In this document: positions 27,568 through 37,231 of the stretch, one piece after another | Numbering within the stretch: position 1 is the first letter of the stretch | Layout: each line of letters begins with the position of its first letter | Source: Candidatus Woesearchaeota archaeon | GTDB taxonomy: Archaea > Nanobdellota > Nanobdellia > SCGC-AAA011-G17 > GW2011-AR18 | Direction of reading: 5' to 3' | Assembly: GCA_964524105.1 (NCBI GenBank) | Contig: CAZGBX010000005.1 | Coordinates: 3,772-61,843 of the forward strand | DNA length: 58,072 nt | The notes under the pieces: generated by a model | The model's input: the letters and a program-made list of their open reading frames with translations, nothing else | Database searches by the model: none | Told to the model about the DNA's origin: nothing | Translations under genes and position numbers: made by a program

Positions 27568-28889
27568 GAAAACTTAAACCAGAAGCTACATTAGGAGACT
27601 CTTTTCACCTACTAGGTCATAGATTAGACAGGTGGAGGGCCTTAAGTGCAGGTGATATAGAAGAAGCAATAAGAGTTACAGACGAAATTCTCGGCATGCC
27701 TTTAACACAAGAAGCTAGAAGGGAAAATCACATTATAAGAGAAAGATACGAAGCTCAACAAGGCACAGAAACAACATTAAGCGCATTAGGAAGAACAGTA
27801 GCACAACTAGACCCAGAAGAAAGAGCACAAGTTCTAAGAGACTTTGAAAGAGACATCCATTTCACATCCAGAAGATTACAAATTGCACTATTAGAAGCAA
27901 AAGGAGATCCAAGAGTAAAAGGAGAATTAAGAAGTCTAGCAGAAGAAATACTAGAAGACCCTTGCGGCCCACCAAGAGAAATAGAAGGATCAAAGAACAC
28001 AGTAAGAGTTTACAATGACAGAAGAACAAACGAAGCTTTAGTTGTAAAAGAATCAGAAGATCAAGCATCATTCTTAGCAGAGTTTGAAGCAGCAGAAATA
28101 TTAATTGCAATTCAAAAAGAACTAAAGAGATGGCAACCAAAATTTAAAGTTTGTACACCAATTTTAGTAAGAGAAGAAGATGGAAAATACATCTACGTAA
28201 TTGAACATTCAGGTTGTGACACACTTGCAGAAGCAAAAGGAGAATTAGTACCATTCAATTATCAAGATGTTGCAAGAGTAACAGCAGCACTCCACCATTT
28301 ATTCCCAAGAGAAAAACTAAGAGGAGAAGAAAGAACACTAGAAGACACATTAGAATCAAGGCTACATATTAAAGTAAAAGACTTAGTTCTATCAAACCTA
28401 GATCCATTAGAAAGAGCAATCTTAGAAACAGAACTTAGTTACAACAAAGACGGGCACCCATGGAACTATGGAATAACAAGACACGGAGATGTAATTGTCT
28501 TCGACACAGAAAACAACATGCCAAGAAGAAGAGCTTATGACTGGGCAAACTTAACTAATCATAATAGAATACTTACAGAAGAACAAAAAGACGCTGTCTT
28601 CCAAGAAGTAGTCAGAACAAGAAAAGAATTTGGGGAACTAAATAAACCAGAACATAAACTAGCATACTACAACGCAGTATGTGCAAGAACACTAGAACTT
28701 TATGGAATTCTAAGAGCAAGGAAACAAATTCAACACGCAAAAGACATGGTTTTAAACTCCATAGAAGCAGTTGCAAGAATAGAAATAGAATTCCCCATGT
28801 ACTTCAAAGACCATAGAAAACAATACACACACTTAAGAGAAGGTTTCCAAACTTTACTTACCATGATTGATAGCGATTGTGCTAGCTAA
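27564..28889 (+). CDS. Arg/Glu-rich protein with C-terminal APH/protein-kinase-like fold (putative)
   Basis: ATGA overlap with the methyltransferase gene. DGHPWNYGITRHGDVIVFDTEN resembles the HxDxxxxN...D catalytic and Mg loops of aminoglycoside/choline kinase-like enzymes. Confidence 0.5.
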   Translation: MRKLKPEATLGDSFHLLGHRLDRWRALSAGDIEEAIRVTDEILGMPLTQEARRENHIIRERYEAQQGTETTLSALGRTVAQLDPEERAQVLRDFERDIHFTSRRLQIALLEAKGDPRVKGELRSLAEEILEDPCGPPREIEGSKNTVRVYNDRRTNEALVVKESEDQASFLAEFEAAEILIAIQKELKRWQPKFKVCTPILVREEDGKYIYVIEHSGCDTLAEAKGELVPFNYQDVARVTAALHHLFPREKLRGEERTLEDTLESRLHIKVKDLVLSNLDPLERAILETELSYNKDGHPWNYGITRHGDVIVFDTENNMPRRRAYDWANLTNHNRILTEEQKDAVFQEVVRTRKEFGELNKPEHKLAYYNAVCARTLELYGILRARKQIQHAKDMVLNSIEAVARIEIEFPMYFKDHRKQYTHLREGFQTLLTMIDSDCAS

Positions 28890-29747
28890 GAACTCCCTAA
28901 CTCTATCCAAAATACCTTTCAAACAAAACATTTCTTCACTCAAATTACAACTAGAAACATGATTCCTCAACTCAAGTATCAAAGTATCCAACTCAACTAA
29001 ACTCTTAACATCGAACTTATAGAACAGGGAGTAATACTCTTTAAAAATAAAATTCGTCTTTTCTAACAAACTTAAGAAATTTTCATCCACTTTTTTACCA
29101 TTCAAAATCTCACACAAGTCCCTATACTGGTCACACACTTTCTCCAAGTTCCAGATTATCACATAATAAAAACAAGTTTTCCTATAATCCTTATGCCCCT
29201 TCTTATTCAATATCCTTTCACAAAAGTTAGTCAATTGATTGTTAGTTTGCTCCAAAGAGATCAAATCATCCAAAACAGCATCACCATTCTTTATCTTCTC
29301 AACTAAAGACTCACCTAAAGAGATTGTAACTAAAAAAGATCTCCTAAGAGTCATATCAAACTCAGACTCCAAATCATTTGACACAGACTTCAACACTACT
29401 TTCTTAGAAGTTTGCTGCATAATCACAAAACCCATCAAAATATCCTTAATCATCTGTTGCAAAACCTTCAAATCTTCAGGATCCTCATAAAGAATTTCAA
29501 TTTCATCATAACCAAATTTGTGCAAAGCAGAAAGTGTCCATTTCAAAGATTGTTTATCAAGATCAGCCACATCAATAGTAACCTTATCCAATTCAACAGC
29601 ATTCCCCACCTTAATCACTATCTCTCTTCCACGTTCCTCAAGCTCTAGCTCATCACCTTTGTTAATCCCATACTTCTTTACCCAAGCCAAAGGTAAAGAA
29701 ACTACAGAAGTCTTCCCAGCTAACTGAATAACCTTTCTTATCATCAA
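28854..29747 (-). CDS. AbrB/SpoVT-domain plus PhoU-like regulator
   Basis: N-terminal VIQLAGKTSVVSLPLAWVKKYGINKGDELELEE is a swapped-hairpin AbrB-type domain, followed by a helical PhoU-like region. Confidence 0.75.
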   Translation of the reverse strand: MMIRKVIQLAGKTSVVSLPLAWVKKYGINKGDELELEERGREIVIKVGNAVELDKVTIDVADLDKQSLKWTLSALHKFGYDEIEILYEDPEDLKVLQQMIKDILMGFVIMQQTSKKVVLKSVSNDLESEFDMTLRRSFLVTISLGESLVEKIKNGDAVLDDLISLEQTNNQLTNFCERILNKKGHKDYRKTCFYYVIIWNLEKVCDQYRDLCEILNGKKVDENFLSLLEKTNFIFKEYYSLFYKFDVKSLVELDTLILELRNHVSSCNLSEEMFCLKGILDRVREFLASTIAINHGK

Positions 29748-29861
29748 CTTAAAAATCTAAAACCATTTATTTAAGGATTTATATAATTATAAGCCACCAT
29801 ATAAAACATAAGAACAAAATATATACTAAAAAACACACATTTATTCTATTGAGGTGATTTA

Positions 29862-30326
29862 ATGATATCAAAAAAAGAAGCATTATTTCTAGCAGAACTA
29901 AGAAAAAACTCAAGGACAAGTTTAAAATCAATAAGTAAAAAAACAGGAACACCAATTTCAACACTACACGACAAACTAAAAAGATATGAAAAAGACATAA
30001 TTACCAAACACACATCTTTAGTAGACTTTAAGAAAATTGGTTACAAAGCAATAGCAAAAGTAATTACAAAAGTAGAAACAACAGACAGAGACAGACTAAA
30101 AGAATTTCTAGAAAGACACTCACACGTAAACAGTTTATTCAAAATAAACAATGGATACGACTTCATGTTTGAGATTATCTTCGAAGATCTGGATAAAGCA
30201 GAAGAATTCATAGAGAAACTAACTCAAAACTTCGAAATTAGAGAGAACCAAGTACATTACATCTTAGACCAAGTCAAAGTAGAGAACTTCCTCTCAAACG
30301 GAAACTACATCAACCTGACACAGTAG
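29862..30326 (+). CDS. Lrp/AsnC-family transcriptional regulator
   Basis: HTH LRKNSRTSLKSISKKTGTPISTLHDKLKRYEKD plus a RAM-like C-terminal domain. GAGGTGA SD. Confidence 0.85.
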   Translation: MISKKEALFLAELRKNSRTSLKSISKKTGTPISTLHDKLKRYEKDIITKHTSLVDFKKIGYKAIAKVITKVETTDRDRLKEFLERHSHVNSLFKINNGYDFMFEIIFEDLDKAEEFIEKLTQNFEIRENQVHYILDQVKVENFLSNGNYINLTQ

Positions 30327-30357
30327 ATTTAAATATTAATAGTACAAAAATAAACAT

Positions 30358-30753
30358 ATGAAGAAGTTACTAATCTTACTATTAATCATCCCAGTTGTAC
30401 TTGCACAAACATGTGAGAAAGATAATGGTTGTTCCTTAGAATGTCCATTTGGAGACCCAGATTGCTCATGTCAAATGCAAGAAGGTTTTACCTGTGAAGA
30501 AACTCAATTCTGCCCAGCAACAAACCTAAAGAACTGGGACAATGAAGTCTGCTGCACAGAAAGCTGCTTAACATCAGAAGAACTTCCAGAAAAGGAAAAC
30601 ACTCAAACCTTAAAGACAATAGAAAACCCTAAAGAATTTGAAACAACTTCAATAGAAGAAAAAACATCAAACTTAGGATTCTTAGCATTCCTACTATCAC
30701 TAATCATAGTGGGAATAATTATTAAAAGTGCAGTTAAAATTAAATTACGCTAA
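30358..30753 (+). CDS. Cys-rich secreted protein with C-terminal membrane anchor
   Basis: Signal peptide MKKLLILLLIIPVVLAQ. 13 Cys residues within ~60 aa, including a CC pair. C-terminal TM segment LGFLAFLLSLIIVGIII. Confidence 0.6.
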   Translation: MKKLLILLLIIPVVLAQTCEKDNGCSLECPFGDPDCSCQMQEGFTCEETQFCPATNLKNWDNEVCCTESCLTSEELPEKENTQTLKTIENPKEFETTSIEEKTSNLGFLAFLLSLIIVGIIIKSAVKIKLR

Positions 30754-31297
30754 TCACAAACTTCGGCCTAAAGAATTCTGACCCTAATGTAGCTTGAACA
30801 TGGAACTTATTATCAACTAAAGAATTTATGAAAGGCCTATGTTCATCCACATGAACCTTAGCCATTCCCCCTAACTGCAAAACAAACTCATTCAGAACTT
30901 CAATCTTCTCAAACCTAACTTCTGTCTCTTCAACTTGCCCATCTTTATGTATCAACTTCAGGTTTTCACCAGGACCATCACAAACAACTTCTTTAACCCC
31001 TGAAATCTTAGTAAGAGCCCAAACTTTCTCCTTTATTTCCCTTTTAGATTTAGTTTTGATATCAGTTAATCTCTTAAGAATCTCTTCTTTTCTCCTCATC
31101 AACTCTTCCTTGGCCATCTTATCATGATCTGGTGATTTCTTAACTTTAGTTGCAGAAATAACTAAAGCATCAACAAAGTTTCTCAAAAAAACAGCTTTAG
31201 CCTCATACTCATGAGGTTTAGAATTTACAACATGGACTATATGTTTTAACTTATCTTTATCACTTACTGTAAAATCATCTTTAATAAAGGATATCAT
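30740..31297 (-). CDS. N-terminal domain of a FlaI/GspE-type secretion ATPase, lacking the ATPase domain
   Basis: VKEVVCDGPGENLKLIHKDG...VRFE...LNEFV..LGG...HRPFINSLVDNKFHVQATLGSEF..PKFVI aligns with the FlaI N-terminal domain. The ORF stops where the Walker A domain should begin. Confidence 0.6.
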   Translation of the reverse strand: MISFIKDDFTVSDKDKLKHIVHVVNSKPHEYEAKAVFLRNFVDALVISATKVKKSPDHDKMAKEELMRRKEEILKRLTDIKTKSKREIKEKVWALTKISGVKEVVCDGPGENLKLIHKDGQVEETEVRFEKIEVLNEFVLQLGGMAKVHVDEHRPFINSLVDNKFHVQATLGSEFFRPKFVISVI

Positions 31298-31593
31298 AGT
31301 TCATACTCAGAGAGTTTACTTTCTTGCAATCCAGTCCCTAACCTTGACTTCCCTCTAACATACTTCTCTAAAAGGATCAGCCCTTTAGCTATTGACTTGT
31401 TTTGTTCAAGTAAAGCATCCAATCTTTGTGACAACTCTGCGATTTTAACTTCTGCACTTTCAGCCTCAGCCACATGCTTAGAAGCTTCTTCAAACAGCTC
31501 AACTAAGTGATCAATCCTCATAACCAATTTATTTACAGAATTCACAAGCTCTTTATTACTTCCAGAACTCACCTTCTTTTTAGCTGCTGCCAT
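31294..31593 (-). CDS. Small coiled-coil protein
   Basis: 99 aa with a heptad pattern. ATGA overlap with the downstream ATPase N-terminal-domain gene. Confidence 0.5.
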   Translation of the reverse strand: MAAAKKKVSSGSNKELVNSVNKLVMRIDHLVELFEEASKHVAEAESAEVKIAELSQRLDALLEQNKSIAKGLILLEKYVRGKSRLGTGLQESKLSEYEL

Positions 31594-31656
31594 ACAAAGG
31601 AATAGAATTCTCTAGTATAAAAACTTTATTATTGGGTCCAACCACTCAGCAAAACA

Positions 31657-31664
31657 TTTATAAT
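31657..31664 (+). promoter_or_regulatory. TATA box (TTTATAAT) for cca
   Basis: Its 3' end is 23 nt upstream of the ATG at 31687. Confidence 0.4.
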
Positions 31665-31686
31665 CATAGAATCTAAAACTCTAGAT

Positions 31687-32850
31687 ATGAAAGAAGTCTT
31701 AAAGTCCATAAAACCATCTGAAAAAGAAGAAAAAAAACTAAAATCCAAACTAGACAAATTTCTTTCAAAACTAAAAGACTGTAAAGAGGAAATCTTCATT
31801 GGCGGTTCATATGCAAAAGGCACTTGGCTCTCAGGAAACCATGATATTGACTTATTTGTTCAATTCAAACAAGACGTTGACATCTCAAACAGACTAGAAA
31901 AGATCCTCAAAAATTCATTTAGAAAAGTTTCAAGACTTCACGGTTCAAGAGATTACTACCAAATTAAGTTCAAAGGAATCTTATTTGAAATTGTACCAGT
32001 AGCTAAGATAAAAAAAGCAGAAGAAGCAAATAATACAACAGACGTCTCACCTTTACACGTAGAATGGGTTAAAAAGAACACAACTAAAAAACTATGTGAT
32101 GAAATAAGGTTAGCAAAACAATTCTGTAAAGCACAAGGAGTTTATGGAGCAGAGACTTACATTAAAGGATTCTCAGGCCACGCATTAGAAATTCTAACAA
32201 TTAAATTAGGCTCATTCAAGAAACTATTAAAGAGCAACTTCAAAGAGGGAAAACAAATTGGAAAAGGAAAAATAAACAAAGACAAACTCTCACCTTTAAT
32301 CTTAATTGATCCTTCAGATAACACAAGAAACGCGGCTGCAGCACTATCAATAGAAAAGTTCAACAAATTCAAAGAAGCAGCTAAACAATACTTAAAGAAA
32401 CCATCTAAAGAGTTCTTCAAAGAAAAGGGGATAACAAAGAAAGACATAAAAGACAAAGATATAATCATCACAGCTTACCCATTAAAAGGAAAAAGAGATA
32501 ATATTGGAACTAAACTTCTCAAAGCTTATGAATTAACCTCAAAAGTTCTAAAAGAGTTCAAGGTAGAAGATTCAGGTTGGCACTGGGAAGAAAGAAAACC
32601 TGCCCTATTCTGGTTTAACTTAAAAGAAAAAGAACTAAAAAAGTTCAAGATCCATCCAGGTCCACCTTTAACAAAGATAAAACATGTAAAAGAATTCAAA
32701 AACAAACACAAGTTCACATTCACAAAAAACAATAAACTTTACGCTAAAGTAGAAAGAGAATTTACAACACCTAAAGCATTACTAAAATACTTACTAAAAC
32801 AAAAAGACATAAAGAAAAGAGTAAGGAAAATAAAATTATCCAAGTCCTAG
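31687..32850 (+). CDS. cca: CCA-adding enzyme (archaeal class I tRNA nucleotidyltransferase)
   Basis: GGSYAKGTWLSGNHDIDLFV catalytic motif, followed by RLAKQFCKAQGVYGAE. Confidence 0.9.
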   Translation: MKEVLKSIKPSEKEEKKLKSKLDKFLSKLKDCKEEIFIGGSYAKGTWLSGNHDIDLFVQFKQDVDISNRLEKILKNSFRKVSRLHGSRDYYQIKFKGILFEIVPVAKIKKAEEANNTTDVSPLHVEWVKKNTTKKLCDEIRLAKQFCKAQGVYGAETYIKGFSGHALEILTIKLGSFKKLLKSNFKEGKQIGKGKINKDKLSPLILIDPSDNTRNAAAALSIEKFNKFKEAAKQYLKKPSKEFFKEKGITKKDIKDKDIIITAYPLKGKRDNIGTKLLKAYELTSKVLKEFKVEDSGWHWEERKPALFWFNLKEKELKKFKIHPGPPLTKIKHVKEFKNKHKFTFTKNNKLYAKVEREFTTPKALLKYLLKQKDIKKRVRKIKLSKS

Positions 32851-34557
32851 ATCTTGTAACTCTTCAATAATCTTAATATTATTCTTTCTCTGCCCAACTA
32901 AAATATTCTTAGACTTAACTAACTTAGATAACATCTCAGACATGTTTTCTCCAGATATTACCCTAGGAACAATCACATAATCAGCACCCAAATCATAAAG
33001 ATCTAATACATCTTGAGCACGATTAGTAGTTAAAATTACAATTATTTTTGGATTAATTTGTTTAGCATAACTTAAGATGAACTGATTTACAGACAAATCA
33101 GGAATAGTAGATATAAGAATCTTAACATTCTTCAACTTCAAACTATCTAAAACTGCACGAGAAGTAGAGTCACCATAAGTACAAGCAAGCTTTCTTTTAA
33201 CTAAGTTCTTAATCACTTCAGGATTATTATCCAATACACGAACATCTTGCTTCAACCTTCTTAAAGTATCAATGAAAATAGTCCCCATCTTTCCACAACC
33301 AATTAGAACAGTATACTTCTTCCCAGCATTACTCTTATACTCTAACCTATCCCTTTTCACAACAGACAACTTCTCAAACCACTCTAAGAAATTCTGTCCA
33401 AGACCATAAATTCCATGGGCGTGTTGCACAAAATAAGATGTCACAATCACAGATATTGCCATCATCAAAACAACTAAAGAAAATATAGGGCCGGTTATAT
33501 CACCAATCATCAAACCACCTGTAACTAAAATTAGAGAGAACTCACTTATCTGCGCTAAATAAATTCCACTCATAAAAGACACTTGTGAAGAATAACCAAA
33601 AAATACACCCAACAAGAATATCAAGATTGGTTTCAAAACTAAGATCAAAATCAAAAAGATCCCTAACAACTCCCAGAAACTACCTAACCCAGTAAATACT
33701 AACTGAATTCCTAAAGTAACAAAGAATATTGTGGCAAAAAAATCTTTTATTGGTTCAACCCTTCCTTTAATATCAACAACATAAGGTAATGAAGCCATAG
33801 AAACACCAGCAATAAAAGCTCCAATAGCAATTGAGAAGTCCATCAAGCTAGCGATCAAAGCAAACAAGAAACACACTGTAACCGAAGCCAAAAACAAAAA
33901 CTCTTTTGATTTAGCAGCAAAACTAAACAATCTAGGGAATAAATACCAAGACCCTACAACTGCCAGCAATAATAAGACTAAAATCTTAATCGCAACAGGT
34001 AAAAGAATAAGCCAAGAGAAACCATCATTAGCCTTAAGCAACATAGCCAATGCAATCATAGCAACTAAATCCTGCACAAGTAAAAAACCCAAAATAATTC
34101 TACCGTGTAAAGTGTCAATCTCAGTCCTATCAGATAAAAACTTAACAACAACCATTGTAGATGAAAACGCAATAGCCACTCCTAAATACATTGCAATCAA
34201 ATGTTCAAACCCAATTGAAGTTGCAACGAAATAACCTAAAAAGAAAACTAAAACAACCTGTAAAAAACCACCTATAACCGAAATCAATCCTACCTCCCTT
34301 AATTTCTTAATATCAATCTCTAACCCTACAACGAATAGTAAGAAAGCAATACCAATCTCACTCAGAGACTTTACTAATTCTAAATCATTAATCCACCCTA
34401 ATACTAAAGGACCTAACAAAACACCTGTAATAATATAAGCTAAAATTAATGGTTGTCTAAACAACCTAGCAAAAAAAGCAAACAAGGTTGCAAGAATAAT
34501 AACTATACCAATCTGGAACATAACATGCGTTGATGGATTACTAATAAACTCTAACAA
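32836..34557 (-). CDS. CPA2 (Kef-type) monovalent cation:proton antiporter with C-terminal RCK/TrkA-N domain
   Basis: About 12 TM segments of the Na+/H+ exchanger type, followed by LIGCGKMG, a Rossmann-fold RCK domain. Confidence 0.9.
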   Translation of the reverse strand: MLEFISNPSTHVMFQIGIVIILATLFAFFARLFRQPLILAYIITGVLLGPLVLGWINDLELVKSLSEIGIAFLLFVVGLEIDIKKLREVGLISVIGGFLQVVLVFFLGYFVATSIGFEHLIAMYLGVAIAFSSTMVVVKFLSDRTEIDTLHGRIILGFLLVQDLVAMIALAMLLKANDGFSWLILLPVAIKILVLLLLAVVGSWYLFPRLFSFAAKSKEFLFLASVTVCFLFALIASLMDFSIAIGAFIAGVSMASLPYVVDIKGRVEPIKDFFATIFFVTLGIQLVFTGLGSFWELLGIFLILILVLKPILIFLLGVFFGYSSQVSFMSGIYLAQISEFSLILVTGGLMIGDITGPIFSLVVLMMAISVIVTSYFVQHAHGIYGLGQNFLEWFEKLSVVKRDRLEYKSNAGKKYTVLIGCGKMGTIFIDTLRRLKQDVRVLDNNPEVIKNLVKRKLACTYGDSTSRAVLDSLKLKNVKILISTIPDLSVNQFILSYAKQINPKIIVILTTNRAQDVLDLYDLGADYVIVPRVISGENMSEMLSKLVKSKNILVGQRKNNIKIIEELQDLGLG

Positions 34558-34613
34558 TATTTCAACCTCTTTTTAATTAATTCTAGAATTTAGCATATAT
34601 AAAGATTACTAAA

Positions 34614-34916
34614 TCACTTCTTTTTATTTATAGTAACTTCAATTGTACTAACCCTTATTTGCTTTCCTTCTCTGTTTTCAAAGTCTTCACTATCAGTCTT
34701 AATATCACCAACAATCACTGCATCATTTAAAAATCTTTTAGTTGCAACTTCAACAACATCCACAGCCCTAGAAATAAACTTCCCCCTTGCTTTTACAACC
34801 ACCTTATCTGCACCTTGTGTAGTAAATTGCATAACCACCCCAGTAACATAATTCATAAAGGGCTTAGAACCAATAAACACGTCATGCGAATCCATCTTAC
34901 GTACATCTCTCGTCAT
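34614..34916 (-). CDS. albA: DNA/RNA-binding protein Alba
   Basis: IGSKPFMNYVTGVVMQF...VVVKARGKFISRAVDVVEV...RVSTIEVTI. Confidence 0.9.
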   Translation of the reverse strand: MTRDVRKMDSHDVFIGSKPFMNYVTGVVMQFTTQGADKVVVKARGKFISRAVDVVEVATKRFLNDAVIVGDIKTDSEDFENREGKQIRVSTIEVTINKKK

Positions 34917-34946
34917 TTTTGTCCTCCTTTAGTCAAATAAAGACAA

Positions 34947-35138
34947 TTATTCTTTGTAGTTTTTCTTAAGTTTTGTAATGTGTCCAGCAATCAAATTTCT
35001 CAATCTCTTTGTAGGGACATGAGCAAGCTCAGCCACTAGCTTCTTATTAACTTGAAAATCGTTCTTAAATTTATCAGAATTCTGTTTAAATAGCTTATTT
35101 CCTACCCTTTTCACAGATGTAATCTTAATTCTTCCCAT
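34947..35138 (-). CDS. rps17e: 30S ribosomal protein S17e
   Basis: MGRIKITSVKRVGNKL...FQVNKKLV...KRLRNLIAGHITKL. Confidence 0.9.
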   Translation of the reverse strand: MGRIKITSVKRVGNKLFKQNSDKFKNDFQVNKKLVAELAHVPTKRLRNLIAGHITKLKKNYKE

Positions 35139-35164
35139 TATATTATAGGATAAATAGAGAATAT

Positions 35165-36220
35165 TTAAACCTTTTGAATAACATAGATTCTTCGTCTAAC
35201 CTTAGCCCTTAAAGTGAAATAATCAATAGGACCGTTAATTATTGTGAATCCTGCCTTAAAACACATAGCCTCAAAATTAAACCCAACTTCCTTATTTGGA
35301 TATACCCTAATCTTAGGCACCACAATAACTGCTTTACCTTTAACCTTCAGAGACTTACTTATCTGATCAAGAATATCATAATAATGGTTTCTTAAATCCT
35401 TAGAAATCTTCTTTGCTTCTTCAAAAATAGGCAACTTCTTCAAGTAAGGCCCCATGTAAGGTTCAGTTACAACAAGATCAACTTTTCTAGGATGATACTT
35501 CCCCAAGACATTATACTTTCCAACTTTAAACTTAGAATTCAACCAGTCAAGGTTCTTCATAACATTCTTCTTTTCTCTAGAAATCCCAATAACTGAATAA
35601 CCCATAAGCAAACCCTCTTGTAATATAGAACCTAACCTACAATAAGGATCTAAAAGTACCCCTTTCTTAACACCACTTAAATTAATTAAAATCTTAGCAA
35701 ACCTCAAAGAAGTGTCTTCAACAGGATTAGTGTAAGGTCTTTTATCATCCCTTTGAACCAACTGTAAAGGATCAGAAACAAACTTAGTTTTCGCCACATA
35801 ATCCCTGAACAAAATAAACTCTACACCATCATTCAAACATTTACTTAACTGTGTGGGACTAAGCTCTTTTCTATACTGCGCCTTAAACTTATTATCCTTA
35901 AACCACATTTTCAAATACTTAATTACAAAACCAGAATACTTAGACTCAAAACTTTGTACAGAATACCAAGGTTTATTTGAAGACTTATTAAAAATAACAT
36001 CATGATCAAGAGCATACTCAACTTCATCTAAGTCAACAGCTTGAGTTAAAACTTCAGCAATCTTAACTACTCCACCTAATTTTTCAATGGATTTTACTTT
36101 AGGACACTCAGCTAGAACTATCCCTTTCCCCTTATCAATAATTTCAAACTTATCAAAATAAGCTTCAAGCTCCTTTATAGAAAGGTCTTCATCCCTTCCC
36201 AAAACAAACAAATATTTCAT
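35165..36220 (-). CDS. Trm11/Trm-G10-like RNA N2-guanine methyltransferase (putative)
   Basis: N-terminal THUMP-like region. LLDPYCRLGSILQEG (SAM motif I-like) and VVTEPYMGP, a degenerate DPPY motif. Confidence 0.6.
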   Translation of the reverse strand: MKYLFVLGRDEDLSIKELEAYFDKFEIIDKGKGIVLAECPKVKSIEKLGGVVKIAEVLTQAVDLDEVEYALDHDVIFNKSSNKPWYSVQSFESKYSGFVIKYLKMWFKDNKFKAQYRKELSPTQLSKCLNDGVEFILFRDYVAKTKFVSDPLQLVQRDDKRPYTNPVEDTSLRFAKILINLSGVKKGVLLDPYCRLGSILQEGLLMGYSVIGISREKKNVMKNLDWLNSKFKVGKYNVLGKYHPRKVDLVVTEPYMGPYLKKLPIFEEAKKISKDLRNHYYDILDQISKSLKVKGKAVIVVPKIRVYPNKEVGFNFEAMCFKAGFTIINGPIDYFTLRAKVRRRIYVIQKV

Positions 36221-36255
36221 AAAATCAAGTCATAGAATTAAGTTTATATAACTAT

Positions 36256-37200
36256 TCATTTCAACTTCTTAAATATAACAGAACCTGCGTATTTCCCGTT
36301 CAATAACTCCTCAGTCTTCTTACTCACCCCACCTGTAGACAAAAGCATACAAGCCATATTCTTCCTTTGTGACTCAACAAAAGCTAATGCAAGATCATTC
36401 TCAGTTATTGATTTCTTATCTTTAGCATAAGCAAACAAAGTGAAATCTCCAATATTAGAAGGAACAGACACAATAAAAGCAAACTCTTTATTTTTCTTAA
36501 TCAAAGTCTGATCGATAATCTCAACCCCATTATTCTCAAAGTACCTAACAACTTTTTTATAAAAATTCCCTTCAAGTTTTGGTTTGGGAACTTCAACATA
36601 AGCACTAAGATCTTTTTTCTTTACGGGTTCAACTACAGCTTCTTCTTCAAACTCTTCTTCTACTAACTCATACTCTGGTCCTTCAACAATTTCAGGTTCT
36701 TCTTCAACTTCTTCCACAGTTTCAACTTCAGATTCACCAACCCAATTCTCAGTTATCAAATCCTTTGCAGTACTATCTTCAACCAAATAAAACTTCCAAA
36801 ACCCTTCTTGCCCACTTGAGGTCTCAACTAAAATCCCCATTGCAAAGTCAGGTAAATTCCTCAAAGCAACCCTACACCAAGGTTCAAGTTCAGTATCTTT
36901 TAGTACAGAATGCTCTTTAAGCAAATCGTAAGCTTCTTTCTCTTTCGATTTCAAATGAGAATAAACCAAGTCCCCTATCTTATCTTCCTGCCCCTTAATG
37001 AAATATAACCTAGAACTCCCAACACTCTTATGCGTCATCTGTATCTTCTTAGAATTTAACAATTCAGAAAGTACAGCAGAAGCAACATAACTCTCATTCT
37101 CAATATACTTAGCTACCTGAGTTGGCACTACAGGCCCCTGAACTTTCATAAAATTATAAACCCTCTCTCTCAACTCTGACATAGTCAAAACTAATAGCAA
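36256..37200 (-). CDS. Winged-helix protein with acidic linker, function unknown
   Basis: N-terminal wH-like VYNFMKVQGPVVPTQVAKYI...LSELLNSKKI. A poly-Glu/Val linker follows, then a C-terminal alpha/beta domain. Confidence 0.5.
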   Translation of the reverse strand: MLLVLTMSELRERVYNFMKVQGPVVPTQVAKYIENESYVASAVLSELLNSKKIQMTHKSVGSSRLYFIKGQEDKIGDLVYSHLKSKEKEAYDLLKEHSVLKDTELEPWCRVALRNLPDFAMGILVETSSGQEGFWKFYLVEDSTAKDLITENWVGESEVETVEEVEEEPEIVEGPEYELVEEEFEEEAVVEPVKKKDLSAYVEVPKPKLEGNFYKKVVRYFENNGVEIIDQTLIKKNKEFAFIVSVPSNIGDFTLFAYAKDKKSITENDLALAFVESQRKNMACMLLSTGGVSKKTEELLNGKYAGSVIFKKLK

Positions 37201-37231
37201 ATTCCTTTAAAAGAATTATTAAGATAGAAAA

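Noticed and set aside
27862-28140. A Leu-rich 92-aa antisense ORF, and similar antisense ORFs elsewhere: 708-1004, 1876-2106, 12772-12969, 13156-13530, 13660-13971, 17193-17474, 19662-19883, 20410-20844, 25062-25392, 29239-29727, 32157-32732, 38961-39176, 41334-41579, 43238-43561, 45926-46207, 47013-47237, 51599-51820, 53540-54050.
   Set aside because: Each lies fully inside a well-supported gene on the other strand. They have low-complexity Leu/Phe/Ser composition, typical of reverse frames of Lys/Glu-rich AT-rich genes, and no promoter or SD.
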